64,000 nt of DNA from NCBI GenBank assembly GCA_963788195.1, contig CAWBGA010000017.1, forward strand, positions 32,001 to 96,000. The letters run 5' to 3'. This document shows positions 1-10,917 of this stretch, one piece after another. The DNA is from Nitrospirota bacterium (GTDB taxonomy: Bacteria > Nitrospirota > Nitrospiria > Nitrospirales > NS-4). Each line of letters begins with the position of its first letter. Within the stretch, counting starts at the first letter, position 1. The translations under genes and the position numbers were made by a program. The notes below the pieces were generated by a model. That model did no database searches. It was not told the origin of the DNA and saw only the letters and a program-made list of their open reading frames with translations.

Positions 1-1280
1 GTTGGGCATCGTCGGGCACCCCTTCATTATTTCTCTGGGGGGCACCGGCCCTATGGGTCGCACTGGAACTTGCCCGGACTCATTTGTTTTCCGGCTTTCC
101 GTGGGCCCTGCTGGGGTACAGCCAGTATGACCACCACCCCGTAATCCAAGTAGCTGATTTCACTGGCGTATATGGCGTTTCGTTTCTTATCGTGCTGGTC
201 AACGTACTGATTGCGGTGCTCATCAAGACGGCGCTGGCGCATGTCTCGATCGTAGAATCTCGTGTACCCGTGCCGTTGGTGCGAGTCATGCTGGCGCTGA
301 TGGTCGTTGCAGGGAGCCTGGCATACGGACATTGGCGTCTCGTCCCAGATCCGGGTGTGGCCAGGAACCCTCCGCTGCGTATCGGGATTGTTCAGCCGAA
401 CGTGGATCAATCCCGGAAGTGGGATACCGCCTTCCGCCGGCAAACGATCGATCGCTTCGAAGTGTTGACGACGCTTGCGGCGAAAAATTCTGACTTCGTG
501 CTCTGGCCGGAGGCCGCCACGCCATTTCTATTCGAGGCGGAGGCGGAGTACCGGGAGGAACTTCTAGGCTTCGTTCGGGAGCAGGGGGTCTCGCTATTGT
601 TCGGGAGCCCGGCGACCATCGTGGAGAAGGAAAGCGATCAATTACGCTTGCTCAACAGCGCCTTCCTCATCAGCGCGGACGGACAGATTCTGGATCGGTA
701 CGACAAAATCCATCTGGTCCCCTTTGGCGAGTACATTCCGTTTAAGCACGTCCTCAAGTTTTTGGACAAGCTCGTCGTGGGCATCGGGGATTTTTTTCCC
801 GGCAATGCCCCTGAAGTCATGCAAGGGCCTGGCGGCCGGTTCGGCGTGGTCATCTGCTTTGAAGTGATCTTCCCTGATCTCGTGCGGCGCTTTGTCGATC
901 TCGGCGCGGATTATATGATCACGATCACAAACGACGCATGGTTCGGCCGGTCAAGCGCTCCCTACCAGCACTTCGGCATGGTGGTGTTCCGGGCGGTTGA
1001 GAACCGCGTCTACTTCGCGCGGGCGGCCAACACCGGAATCTCCGGATTTATCGATCCGTTCGGGCGAATCGTACGGCAGTCCAACATCTTCACCGAAGAG
1101 GCCCTGACGGGAGAGATCCGGACCGGCGGCCCTCGTACGTTCTATACAGCCTACGGGGATCTGTTCGGCTATGCCTGTGTTATACTCGCGCTGTTTTCGC
1201 CGGTACTCGCGGGACGTTCACCAAACCCACTGGATGCCGTACGGGCGCGATACAACTTCGGGAGAGACCATGCTCGCTGA
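1..1280 (+). CDS. lnt: apolipoprotein N-acyltransferase (5'-truncated by window edge)
   Basis: Motifs GFPW, VQPNV, WPEAA, YDKIHLVPFGEYIP, ICFEVIF, TNDAWFG, RAANTGISG; frame is open back to the window start. Confidence 0.95.
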   Translation, partial: WASSGTPSLFLWGAPALWVALELARTHLFSGFPWALLGYSQYDHHPVIQVADFTGVYGVSFLIVLVNVLIAVLIKTALAHVSIVESRVPVPLVRVMLALMVVAGSLAYGHWRLVPDPGVARNPPLRIGIVQPNVDQSRKWDTAFRRQTIDRFEVLTTLAAKNSDFVLWPEAATPFLFEAEAEYREELLGFVREQGVSLLFGSPATIVEKESDQLRLLNSAFLISADGQILDRYDKIHLVPFGEYIPFKHVLKFLDKLVVGIGDFFPGNAPEVMQGPGGRFGVVICFEVIFPDLVRRFVDLGADYMITITNDAWFGRSSAPYQHFGMVVFRAVENRVYFARAANTGISGFIDPFGRIVRQSNIFTEEALTGEIRTGGPRTFYTAYGDLFGYACVILALFSPVLAGRSPNPLDAVRARYNFGRDHAR

Positions 1281-2387
1281 CATCAAGATTCGCCTGAACG
1301 GTCTTCGTTCCACGTATGATGATCTTCGGAGGCATCTTTGACCTTGCGACGCTGAAAGCCCAGATACAGACTCTTGACGAGCGCATGGGCGCGGCAGACT
1401 TCTGGTCCGACCGCCGTTCCGCTCAGCAGACGATCCAGCAAAAAAACGTCTTGGAGCGGCAGCTTCAGGCCTGGAGCGAGATGGACCGCCGTATGGAGGA
1501 TCTCGGCGCGATGCTGGAACTGGTAGAGGCCGAACAGGACGCCTCCTTGGAAAGCGAACTTGCGACCGAGATCGAGAAGGCTGAGCAGCGCGATCGCAAA
1601 GCTACGGGTCAACCTGCTCCTGGTCGGCGAGAAGGATGCGAGCAATGCGATCATGGCGATTCACCCGGGCGCGGGCGGCACTGAGTCCCAGGACTGGGCT
1701 GAGATGCTGATGCGAACATACATTCGCTGGGCCGAAACCAAAGGCTACGCCGTCGAGACCTTGGATTATCTCCCGGGGGAACAGGCAGGCATCAAGAGCG
1801 TGACGCTCGGCATCTCCGGTGAAAATGCCTATGGCTACCTCAAGTCTGAGGCCGGCGTCCATCGCCTCGTCCGTATCTCCCCCTTTGACGCCAACAAACG
1901 GCGACACACCTCTTTCGCGTCTGTGTTTGTCTATCCGGAGATCGAGGACGACGTTGAGGTCGACATGGATGAAAAGGACCTCAAGATCGATACCTTCCGA
2001 TCAGGGGGCGCCGGAGGACAAAACGTCAATAAGGTCGAGACCGCCATCCGGATTACGCATCTGCCGAGCGGTATTGTCGTGCAATGCCAAAACGAGCGCT
2101 CACAGCTCAAGAACAAATCGGGCGCGATGAAGGTCCTGCGAGCGCGATTGTACGAGCTTCAACAGAAGAAAAAGGAAGAGGAATTTGCCGCGTTCGTCGG
2201 CGAAAAAAAAGAGATCGGCTTTGGAAGCCAGATTCGCTCCTATGTCTTTCAGCCGTATCAGATGGTCAAAGACCATCGAACCAACACCGAGGTCGGCAAC
2301 ATTAGTGCCGTCATGGACGGCGATCTGGACCCGTTCATCGAGGCCTACCTGGTACAAAGTTTGAGACAGCCAAAGGCAGGGCCATAG
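1270..2387 (+). CDS. prfB: peptide chain release factor 2 (programmed +1 frameshift at 1336-1342; extra probable error frameshift ~1580)
   Basis: ATG 1270 gives [23 protein letters not shown] then CTT-TGA-C, with GGAGG 3 nt upstream. Downstream frames contain SPF, GGQNVNK and GSQIRSYV. Confidence 0.96.
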
Positions 2388-2488
2388 TCCGCAATGCTGA
2401 GCCCTCATTCCTTGAGATGTCATTGACTTCCGATCTGGACAATGATGAGAACGCCCTAGTAGAATTGTTCTGATGCCGCAATTTCTTC

Positions 2489-3999
2489 ATGGATGAACTT
2501 AACGACCAGATCGAGCAGCGGCTCAAAAAACTGGATCGGCTACGCAGTCTGGGCATCGATCCCTTCGGCGCGAAATTCGATGTGGCCAGACCACGCCCCC
2601 GAGCTTCTTGCCCAATATGGGCAGGCCACCAAAGAGGCGCTCGCCGCGACGCCGGTCCTCGTCACGCTGGCAGGCCGGGTGACCGCGCTCCGCCGGTTCG
2701 GAAAGGCGGCGTTCGCGTCCATCCAAGACGGCACGGCCGCGCTTCAGGTCTATCTCAAGAAGGACGTATTGGGCGAGCCAGGGATTCGCGGTCGCGGACC
2801 TACTGGACATCGGCGACTGGGTGGGCGTCAGCGGTCCGCTTTTTCGGACCAAGACCAACGAGCTGACCGTTGAGGTGCAACAGCTTACGTTTTTGTGCAA
2901 GGCGCTTCGCCCGCTTCCAGAGAAATGGCATGGCTTGACCGATATCGAAATGCGGTATCGGCAACGCTACGTCGATCTCATCGCGAATCCCGAGGTCAAG
3001 AACATCTTCATCCTGCGCAGCCGTATCATTCAGGCCATTCGGGAATTCCTGACCGCCAAGGGCTTCCTGGAGGTTGAGACGCCGATGATGCATCCCATCC
3101 CCGGCGGCGCAACGGCGCGCCCGTTCGTCACTCATCACAACAGCCTCAGCGTCGACTTGTATCTTCGGGTGGCGCCCGAGCTGTACCTCAAACGGCTGAT
3201 CGTCGGCGGGCTGACGCGGGTCTTCGAGATCAATCGAAATTTTCGGAATGAGGGAATCTCCACGATCCATAATCCCGAGTTCACCATGCTCGAGTTTTAC
3301 ATGGCCTACGCCGACTACCACGATCTGCTCGAGCTGACTGAAGAGCTGATCACGACGGTCGTGCAAGAGGTCCACGGCAAAGGCGTCGAAACCATTGCCT
3401 ATCGACCGAACCCCAATGAGGATCGTGTGCTGAACATCTCCTTTGCTCGCCCCTGGAAACGCCTGGCCTATCGTGACGCCGTGAAAGATTTCCTGGGGGC
3501 GACATCGGAGGAAATCCTCGATCCCGCATATCTCAAGGCTCAGGCCAAACGGCATGTCCGCGAGCTCGAGGACGGTGAGTCGTACTGGATGCTGATGTCT
3601 CTGCTCTTCGAAAATTTGGTGGAGCCGACCCTCATCCAGCCCACCTTCATTACAGATTTTCCGGTTGAGCTTTCCCCGCTCGCAAAGCGCAAGGCCTCCG
3701 ACCCGGAGCTTACCGACCGATTTGAGCTGTACATCGGCGGCCGTGAGGTGGCGAACGCCTTCTCGGAGCTGAACGATCCCCTGGATCAGCGCAGGCGCTT
3801 CGAGGCCCAGATCGCAGCACGATCGAAGGACGATCCGGAGGCGACGCATCTGGATGAAGACTTTCTACGCGCGCTCGAACACGGCATGCCGCCGACCGCC
3901 GGAGAGGGCATCGGCATTGACCGACTCGTCATGCTGCTCACAAATCAGCCGTCGATCCGTGACGTGATCCTCTTTCCGCAGCTTCGACCAGAGAAATAA
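2489..3999 (+). CDS. lysS: lysine--tRNA ligase (class II); two frameshifts ~2585 and ~2780
   Basis: Three consecutive frames join into Lys[52 protein letters not shown]. Confidence 0.95.
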
Positions 4000-5279
4000 T
4001 GCAGCTGCCTTACGAGGTATTCATCGGCCTTCGGTACCTTCGGGCCAAACGCCGGAACCGTTCGATCTCTTTCAACACGCTGATTTCGATCACCGGCGTC
4101 ACGATCGGCGTGGCGGCCTTAATCGCCACCTTAGGGATCATGACCGGCTTTAAAGAAGACCTTCAGGCCAAGATCCTCGGCACCAACTCACATATCATCG
4201 TCACGACGAAGACCGGCGAGAACATCACGGACTATGAAGCCGTCGCGGACAAAGCTGCGCTCGTGCCGGGAGTCGCCGCGGCCACTCCGTTCGTGTTCAA
4301 GCAGGTGCTGCTCACCACCCAGACCGGCTCGCACGGCGTGGTCCTTCGCGGCATCGACGTCGTGCGGGAGACGAATGTCACGGAGATCGCCCGAAACCTC
4401 AAGGCCGGTGCGCTCGAGGACCTGAACCGGCTGGCGCCGCCGAACCCGGAGCCCGGAGAAAAAGAGCCTGCACGCGCGGAGCCGGTCCGTCCGCTGCCTG
4501 GCATTATTATCGGCCGGGAACTCTCGCTGCGTCTCGGGGCGTTTCTCGGGGATCGGATCAATGTGGTCTCGCCGGTCGGCCCCATGAGCGCGCTGGGAAT
4601 GATCCCCAAGGTGCGCGGCTATCGTGTCGCGGGCCTCTTTGAATCCGGGATGTTCGAGTATGATTCCTCGCTCGCTTATGTCTCGATCCAGCAGGCCCAG
4701 GAATTCTTTAATATGGGACGCGCCGTGACGGGCATTGAAGTGAAGGTGACGGATATTTTCGCGGCCGATGAGATCGCGCGCCGGATCGAGCAGACCCTCG
4801 GGTATCCATACTGGGCCCGCGACTGGATGAAGCTGAACAAGAATCTCTTTTCGGCGCTCAAGCTCGAAAAATTCATGATGTTTGTGCTGCTGGTGCTGGT
4901 AATCATCGTCGCCGCGTTTAACATCGTGAGTACGCTTGCCATGATCGTCGTGGAAAAGCACCGCGAGATCGCGATTCTCAAGGCGATGGGAGCGACAGGA
5001 CAAGCCGTCATGCGGGTCTTCATGCTGAACGGCCTGGTGATTGGTCTTGTGGGAACAGTCATCGGCATTCCCCTAGGGTACGCGATCTGCTGGGCGATTC
5101 AGACCTGGTTCACTCTTCCCGGCGATATCTATCTGTTAACCCGCATCCCGGTGAACATCAAGCTCTTCGATGTCGTGGTGGTTGGCGTGTCCGCGGTAGC
5201 CATCACCTTTCTGGCCACCATTTATCCGTGTCTGGAGGCAGCGCGGCTCGAACCGGCCGAAGCTCTACGCTACGAGTGA
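3999..5279 (+). CDS. lolE: lipoprotein-releasing ABC transporter permease LolC/E
   Basis: IGLRYLR N-terminus, REIAILKAMGA, C-terminal PAEALRYE; adjacent to lolD. Confidence 0.92.
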   Translation: MQLPYEVFIGLRYLRAKRRNRSISFNTLISITGVTIGVAALIATLGIMTGFKEDLQAKILGTNSHIIVTTKTGENITDYEAVADKAALVPGVAAATPFVFKQVLLTTQTGSHGVVLRGIDVVRETNVTEIARNLKAGALEDLNRLAPPNPEPGEKEPARAEPVRPLPGIIIGRELSLRLGAFLGDRINVVSPVGPMSALGMIPKVRGYRVAGLFESGMFEYDSSLAYVSIQQAQEFFNMGRAVTGIEVKVTDIFAADEIARRIEQTLGYPYWARDWMKLNKNLFSALKLEKFMMFVLLVLVIIVAAFNIVSTLAMIVVEKHREIAILKAMGATGQAVMRVFMLNGLVIGLVGTVIGIPLGYAICWAIQTWFTLPGDIYLLTRIPVNIKLFDVVVVGVSAVAITFLATIYPCLEAARLEPAEALRYE

Positions 5280-5310
5280 GCACTCCCTTCTTTAGGCACT
5301 GCCTGTTCTC

Positions 5311-5973
5311 ATGATTTCTGCGATTGAACTCTACAAGTCTTTTCGGCTGGGGCAGACCGAGATCAACGTATTGAACGGCGTCAGCCTGGAGATAAAACGT
5401 GGCGAGATCGTCGCCATTGTCGGGGCCTCGGGCGTGGGCAAAACCACCCTGCTGCACATCCTGGGGACGCTGGATCGTCCGACCCGCGGGACCGTCCACT
5501 TCGAGGGAGCGGATGTGTTTGTCCGATCCGATCAGGCCCTGGCGGAGTTCCGTAACCGCAAGATCGGGTTTGTCTTTCAGTTTCATCATCTGCTGCCTGA
5601 GTTTACCGCCCTGGAAAATACCATGATGCCGTCTTTGATCCGTCGCGACAGGCGTGAAGACGCGCGCGCGGCGGCGGAGCTTATCCTCAAAGAGGTAGGC
5701 CTGGAGCACCGCATGGAGCACCGCACGGGAGAACTATCCGGTGGCGAGCGACAGCGCGTGGCCGTGGCCAGGGCTCTGGTCCTCGGCCCCGACCTCGTCC
5801 TCGCCGACGAACCCACAGGCAATCTGGATTCTCACACGGGCGAAGAAGTGTTCCGCCTGATGCGGGAACTCAATGCCGCGAAGGGCATCACATTCGTCAT
5901 CGTGACGCACAACGAGGCTCTTTCGAGTCAAGCACACCGCGTCATCCGGATGGTCGACGGCCAGATCGCTTAA
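5311..5973 (+). CDS. lolD: lipoprotein-releasing ABC transporter ATPase
   Basis: [18 protein letters not shown] (LolD motif), [18 protein letters not shown]. Confidence 0.92.
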   Translation: MISAIELYKSFRLGQTEINVLNGVSLEIKRGEIVAIVGASGVGKTTLLHILGTLDRPTRGTVHFEGADVFVRSDQALAEFRNRKIGFVFQFHHLLPEFTALENTMMPSLIRRDRREDARAAAELILKEVGLEHRMEHRTGELSGGERQRVAVARALVLGPDLVLADEPTGNLDSHTGEEVFRLMRELNAAKGITFVIVTHNEALSSQAHRVIRMVDGQIA

Positions 5974-5992
5974 TAAAGATCCGGGAATCCGC

Positions 5993-6056
5993 GACAGATT
6001 TATTGTCTTTGTGCAGGGCAGACCCGCGCCTAGCTGATGGCAAAAATAAATCTGTC
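5993..6056. repeat. 12-bp inverted repeat in lolD-trpA intergenic region
   Basis: GACAGATTTATT (5993-6004) and AATAAATCTGTC (6045-6056). Confidence 0.6.
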
Positions 6057-6134
6057 CCGCTTGTTCGATTTTTTGACGGCCAGACCGTGTCATTAATGTC
6101 CGATTGCCGTCTGACAGGGCTCGAATGGAATGGG

Positions 6135-6975
6135 TTAGACGGGCCGGGTGGCGGCCTTGAGGGAGCGCGTGAACGTGCGAAGGCTCTCGCCGACGGCGCC
6201 TCGGTCTCCCGCCGAGGCAATGATCTTCACGAGGGCGCTGCCGACGATCACGCCGTCGGCAAAATTCGCGACCTCCCTGGTAGCCTCGGGTGTGGTAATG
6301 CCGAAACCCACGGCGACCGGCGTTTTTGCGTACCGCCGAATCTCACGTACCTTCTTCTCGACATCGACCTTGTCCGTGAGCGTGGCGCCGGTGATGCCCG
6401 TCAGCGATACATAATAGATAAAACCCTGAGATAGCCGGGCGATGGAGGCCTGGCGTTTCGCGGGACTGGTAGGCGCCAAGAGAAAAATTACATCCAGCCC
6501 AGAGTCCGCGGCGAGTGCCCGCAGCTTCACCGCCTCATCGGGAGGGAGATCCGGGACAATCACACCGTCTACCCCGGCATGGCCGGCATCGGTGCAGAAC
6601 GCGAGCTCACCATATCGTAAAACAGTATTGTAGTAGGCCATCAGCACCAGGGGGATTTGCGTGCGCGCTCGGAGCGCCGACACCGTTCCCAAAATTCTTC
6701 TTCAATGTGGTCCCTGAACGGAGGGCTCTGCCCGCCGCCGCCTGAATAATGGGGCCATCGGCGATGGGGTCGGAAAACGGCACACCCAATTCAATAATGT
6801 CCGCACCGGCATCGGCAAGCTGCAGGACATAGCTCTCAGTATCTTCGAGAGAGGGATCCCCGGCCATGATATATGCGATCAAAGCCTTCTCGCCTTTGAC
6901 CGCCAACTGCCGGAAAGTTTCTTGGAGAGAACTGCTGCGCGACGCTTTCTGACCGCGCGTCGATTGCAGAGTCAT
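6135..6975 (-). CDS. trpA: tryptophan synthase alpha chain (frameshift ~6690)
   Basis: YIMAGDP and [15 protein letters not shown] in one frame; [15 protein letters not shown] and GVIVGSA in the next. Confidence 0.95.
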
Positions 6976-8165
6976 AGCGCCACACCTTTAAGACGCGCTA
7001 TCTGCTGCACATCCTTGTCGCCACGACCCGACAGATTAACCAGAATGGCCTGGCTGCTCTTTAGCCGTGGGGCAACCTTCAGCGCCTCAGCGACGGCATG
7101 CGCAGACTCCAGCGCGGGCATAATGCCTTCGGTCCGCGCAAGCAGGTCGAAAGCTGCCAGGGCCTCGTCATCAGTCGCGGAGGTATAAGCGATACGTTGC
7201 TTCTCTTTGTAGTAGGCGTGCTCGGGCCCCACCGCCGCGTAATCCAGCCCCGCCGAAACGGAGTGCGTCAGTTCAATCTGGCCGTCATCATTCTGCAAGA
7301 GGTACGTCATGGTACCTTGGAGCACGCCGATGGAGCCGGTCGCAAAACGGGCGGCATGCTTACCGCTCTCGATACCGAGCCCGCCCGCTTCTACACCGAT
7401 CATTTTTACCGGGCCATCTTTGAGAAAAGCCGTGAACAATCCAATGGCGTTGCTCCCACCGCCGACGCACGCGATCAGGTACTGGGGAAGCTTGCCGTGA
7501 GATTGCAATATCTGTTTCCGCGCCTCACGGCCGATCACGGATTGAAAATCACGAACCATCATCGGATACGGATGCGGCCCCAAGACGGACCCTAGGATGT
7601 AATGGGTGGTGCGGACATTCGTGGTCCAGTCACGCATCGCCTCGCTGATCGCGTCCTTCAGGGTCCTGCTGCCGGCGTCGACCGCCCTCACGTTAGTCCC
7701 CAGGAGTCGCATCCGGAAGACATTCAGCGCCTGCCGCTCCATGTCCTCCACGCCCATGTAGACTTCGCACTCGAGCCCGAACATCGCGGCCACCGTCGCG
7801 ACCGCGACGCCATGCTGACCGGCTCCCGTCTCGGCGATGACGCGCGGTTTGCCCATCCGCCGAGCGAGCAAGACCTGGCCCATGGTGTTGTTGATCTTGT
7901 GAGCGCCGGTGTGGCACAAATCTTCCCGCTTGAGATAGATCTTTGCGCCGCCCAGTTTTTTTGTCAGGCGCTTCGCGAGGTACAGCGGGGTCGGCCGACC
8001 GACATATTGCCGCAGGTAATAGTCCAGCTCCATCCGGAATTCCGGATCCCGGCGAGCCTTTTCATAGACGCGCGTCAGTTCCTCAAGAGCCGGGATCAAG
8101 GTTTCCGGCGCATACCGCCCGCCGAATGTTCCGAAGCGTCCGCGCTGATCGGGGATCGTTTGCAT
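6972..8165 (-). CDS. trpB: tryptophan synthase beta chain
   Basis: [40 protein letters not shown]; probable start ATG 8165 ([12 protein letters not shown]). Confidence 0.97.
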   Translation of the reverse strand: MQTIPDQRGRFGTFGGRYAPETLIPALEELTRVYEKARRDPEFRMELDYYLRQYVGRPTPLYLAKRLTKKLGGAKIYLKREDLCHTGAHKINNTMGQVLLARRMGKPRVIAETGAGQHGVAVATVAAMFGLECEVYMGVEDMERQALNVFRMRLLGTNVRAVDAGSRTLKDAISEAMRDWTTNVRTTHYILGSVLGPHPYPMMVRDFQSVIGREARKQILQSHGKLPQYLIACVGGGSNAIGLFTAFLKDGPVKMIGVEAGGLGIESGKHAARFATGSIGVLQGTMTYLLQNDDGQIELTHSVSAGLDYAAVGPEHAYYKEKQRIAYTSATDDEALAAFDLLARTEGIMPALESAHAVAEALKVAPRLKSSQAILVNLSGRGDKDVQQIARLKGVAL

Positions 8166-8199
8166 AACCGTTGAGTATAAGGAAGGCACCCGTCCCCAA

Positions 8200-8862
8200 T
8201 CAACCGTCGATCGCGTTGCTAGTGCCTTTTTCCGCAACGGAAAGGCTCGCGAAGCCGGCTCTGGCGCAGATGACGAAGGCCTTCATCTTCGCAGGATCCT
8301 TTCGTCGGGGGCCGCGCTCTACGCCGCTGCTTACGTCCACCGCGTGCGGGCGAACCCGCTGGATGGCTTCACCAACATTCTCCGAAGTGAGACCGCCCGC
8401 GAGAATGATCGGCTGCGGAGCCTGAATTGACCCCGCAAGCTCCCAATCCAGACGAGAGCCGGTGCCGCCGGGCACGCCGGCGACAAACGCGTCCAACAAG
8501 AAGGCAAGGACATGGTATTCGCCCAAAGTCTCAGCGTCAGGCAGCGTTCGAATCCTGAGGCCCTTGATCACGGGATACCCAAGTGTTGAACAGTAGTCCG
8601 CGCTCTCGGAGCCATGAAGCTGCGCGATCCGAAGTGAGCACTGCTGCAGCGTCTCGCGCACGATGTCTCGATCCTCATCCACGAAAACCCCCACCGGGGT
8701 GATGGATTCCGGCAGACGAGCGATAATCGCCGCGGCGGTCTTTCGAGAGACCGCTCGTGGACTTTCAGGGTAGAACACAAAACCCAGCGCGTCCGCCCCT
8801 GCGTCGACGGCCGCCAAGGCGTCATCGACATTCGTAATCCCGCAGATCTTGATCTGAATCAT
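8200..8862 (-). CDS. trpF: phosphoribosylanthranilate isomerase
   Basis: [24 protein letters not shown]. Confidence 0.95.
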   Translation of the reverse strand: MIQIKICGITNVDDALAAVDAGADALGFVFYPESPRAVSRKTAAAIIARLPESITPVGVFVDEDRDIVRETLQQCSLRIAQLHGSESADYCSTLGYPVIKGLRIRTLPDAETLGEYHVLAFLLDAFVAGVPGGTGSRLDWELAGSIQAPQPIILAGGLTSENVGEAIQRVRPHAVDVSSGVERGPRRKDPAKMKAFVICARAGFASLSVAEKGTSNAIDG

Positions 8863-8884
8863 AGAGAAAGAATTATAGCGTACC

Positions 8885-8913
8885 TTGACCGTGATTCCGA
8901 AATTGACTATTCT
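8885..8913 (+). promoter_or_regulatory. sigma70-type promoter of lpxD (probably leaderless)
   Basis: TTGACC-17 nt-TATTCT, ending 8 nt before ATG 8922. Confidence 0.55.
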
Positions 8914-8921
8914 GGGCAGCC

Positions 8922-10034
8922 ATGCCCGCCTCCCCTGTCACCACAGGTCAGATCGCCGCATTCCTGGGCGGCACTCTCGTCGGACCTCCAGAGACACCGA
9001 TTACCGGCGCCGCGGCCCTTAGCGATGCAAAACCTACCGATCTCTCATTTCTCCAGGCTGAAACGGCGCTGCAAGACGCCATGACGAGTCGCGCAGGCGC
9101 GGTTCTCACCGCTCACGTCATCCCGAACCTGACACGCCCTCAGATCGTGGTTCCCCGCCCCGCCCTTGCCATGACCAAGGTCGTGACGGAGTTCTTCGTC
9201 GCTAAGCTCGCCAATGTGGGTCTGAGTAACTTGGCCCACATCGGAAAGAACGTGACCCTCGGCCAAGACGTGTCCATATGGCCGTTTGTGACGTTAGATG
9301 ACGCCGCGTCTGTCGGTCGTGGCACGCGACTCTATCCAGGCGTTTTTGTCGGCCGGGAATCCATCATCGGCGAGGAATGCGTGCTGTATTCAAATGTCAC
9401 TGTTCGAGAGGGAGTGACCATCGGCAACCGCGTGATTATTCACCCCGGGACCGTGATCGGCAGCGACGGCTTCGGCTACCTCCAGCACGACGGGCGGAAT
9501 CACAAGATTCCACAGATCGGGACAGTCGTCATTGAAGATGATGTCGAACTGGGCGCTAACGTCACCGTCGACCGCGCGACCTACGGCGCCACAGTCATCG
9601 GGCGTGGCACGAAGGTCGATAACCTTGTCCAGATCGCCCACAATGTCAAGATCGGCGAAGATAACATCATCGTGGCACAGGTGGGGATCGCCGGCAGCAG
9701 CAAGACAGGGCATCATGTCATGATCGGAGGTCAAGCCGGGTTCGCAGATCATGTCACCGTAGGCGATCAGGTGATGATCGCTGCCCGCACCGGGGTGATC
9801 CGCGATGTCGCGTCTCACGAGGTGATCGCAGGCTTTCCGTCGATGCCGCACAAAGCGTGGCTTAGATCAACCGGCGTAATTGCTAAACTTCCGGAACTCC
9901 GCCAGCAGTTACGGGACCTGGAACGTCGCCTCGCGGAACTGGAAACAGCCACCCCGCGCAAATCACCGAGCGCTCGTGACAGGAGCCCGGGTCCATCCAA
10001 AATCAAACGCTCCGCGCCGCATCGAAAGCGCTAG
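8922..10034 (+). CDS. lpxD: UDP-3-O-acyl-glucosamine N-acyltransferase
   Basis: Hexapeptide repeats; GSDGFGY, KIPQIG, KVDNLVQIAHNV. Confidence 0.95.
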   Translation: MPASPVTTGQIAAFLGGTLVGPPETPITGAAALSDAKPTDLSFLQAETALQDAMTSRAGAVLTAHVIPNLTRPQIVVPRPALAMTKVVTEFFVAKLANVGLSNLAHIGKNVTLGQDVSIWPFVTLDDAASVGRGTRLYPGVFVGRESIIGEECVLYSNVTVREGVTIGNRVIIHPGTVIGSDGFGYLQHDGRNHKIPQIGTVVIEDDVELGANVTVDRATYGATVIGRGTKVDNLVQIAHNVKIGEDNIIVAQVGIAGSSKTGHHVMIGGQAGFADHVTVGDQVMIAARTGVIRDVASHEVIAGFPSMPHKAWLRSTGVIAKLPELRQQLRDLERRLAELETATPRKSPSARDRSPGPSKIKRSAPHRKR

Positions 10035-10052
10035 GCGCCTACGAGACTGCAG

Positions 10053-10757
10053 CTATTGTGTGCGTCGGTGTGCCAATTTTCGAATCAGAAACAGGCCGGA
10101 CAATCCGCTACCGAGTAAGAGCAGAGTTGTGGGCTCCGGATTGGTAATAGTCTGGTTTGCCAGGGATGGTTGGGTTGGGTCCACAAGCGCCGTTAAAGTC
10201 GCTAGCCCTAGCGTAGCAGGGATATCCAGGGCAGCCGGCAGATCGACGCGAAATGCGGAAACCACACCCAGGGACGTGGAAACCACGATGTCCGCGGTTG
10301 TGGCGATCAGCGGATTAACTGTCGGTATTCCGGTGCAGTTGCTTGGCAAGACGATGCATTCAGGCCGGCCGGTCGGATTCGTCAGGCTCGTAAACCCCGC
10401 ACTCGGATTGCCGGAGCCAATGCAGTTGTTGGGCAAGACGATACATTCGGGCCGGCCGGTCGGATTCGTGAAGCTGGTAAATCCCGGACTGGGATTCCCG
10501 GAGCCAATGCAGTTGTTGGGCAAGACGATACATTCGGGCTGGCCGGTCGGATTCGTGAAGCTGGTAAATCCCGGACTGGGATTCCCGGAGCCAATGCAGT
10601 TGTTGGGCAAGACGATACATTCAGGCCGGCCCGTTGGATTTGTGAGACTCACGAAACCCGGGCTGGGAGCGAGAACTGCTGCATCGGCGAGAGTCCCCAT
10701 CCCGACGAGTATAAAAAAGGCCACCAAGAGGAATCGAATGTTGTAGATTTTCGTCAT
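10053..10757 (-). CDS. PEP-CTERM sorting-domain protein with four 29-aa Cys-containing repeats
   Basis: N-terminal signal peptide; C-terminal NPEPTTLLLLGSGLSGLFLIRK followed by basic residues. Confidence 0.85.
   Translation of the reverse strand: MTKIYNIRFLLVAFFILVGMGTLADAAVLAPSPGFVSLTNPTGRPECIVLPNNCIGSGNPSPGFTSFTNPTGQPECIVLPNNCIGSGNPSPGFTSFTNPTGRPECIVLPNNCIGSGNPSAGFTSLTNPTGRPECIVLPSNCTGIPTVNPLIATTADIVVSTSLGVVSAFRVDLPAALDIPATLGLATLTALVDPTQPSLANQTITNPEPTTLLLLGSGLSGLFLIRKLAHRRTQ
10329..10667 (-). repeat. 87-bp coding tandem repeat, ~4 copies
   Basis: Unit encodes PSPGFTSFTNPTGRPECIVLPNNCIGSGN; central copies are nearly identical at the DNA level. Confidence 0.95.
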
Positions 10758-10917
10758 GATGAGTGCCTCCGCGACCCTCTTAGCGCATTCTTTGCCTCCG
10801 CTCCATAACTCTCAGGTAGCCGCACCCATGCTTTGGCACTGCTCGGTTTACTATCGTTGCTTATCGGATTGGAGACTATGGGATGGACGGCGTCAGCCTT
10901 GAAGCGCCGTCATCAAT

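Noticed and set aside
2800..3849. Long antisense ORFs (2800-3849, 9880-10746, 11826-12770, 23055-23852 and others)
   Set aside because: Shadows of real genes caused by GC-rich codon bias; no recognisable motifs.
2489..3999. lysS (and trpA, clpC, yicC) as pseudogenes or novel recoding sites
   Set aside because: Essential or conserved genes with intact motifs, no recoding signals, and a window-wide indel pattern pointing to sequencing error.
10329..10667. Regular repeats resembling a CRISPR array
   Set aside because: No unique spacers; the 87-bp unit is a multiple of 3 inside an ORF; no cas genes nearby.
10780..10800. sigma54 promoter for the PEP-CTERM gene
   Set aside because: Only a minimal GG-N10-GC match; lacks the TGGCAC/TTGC consensus.
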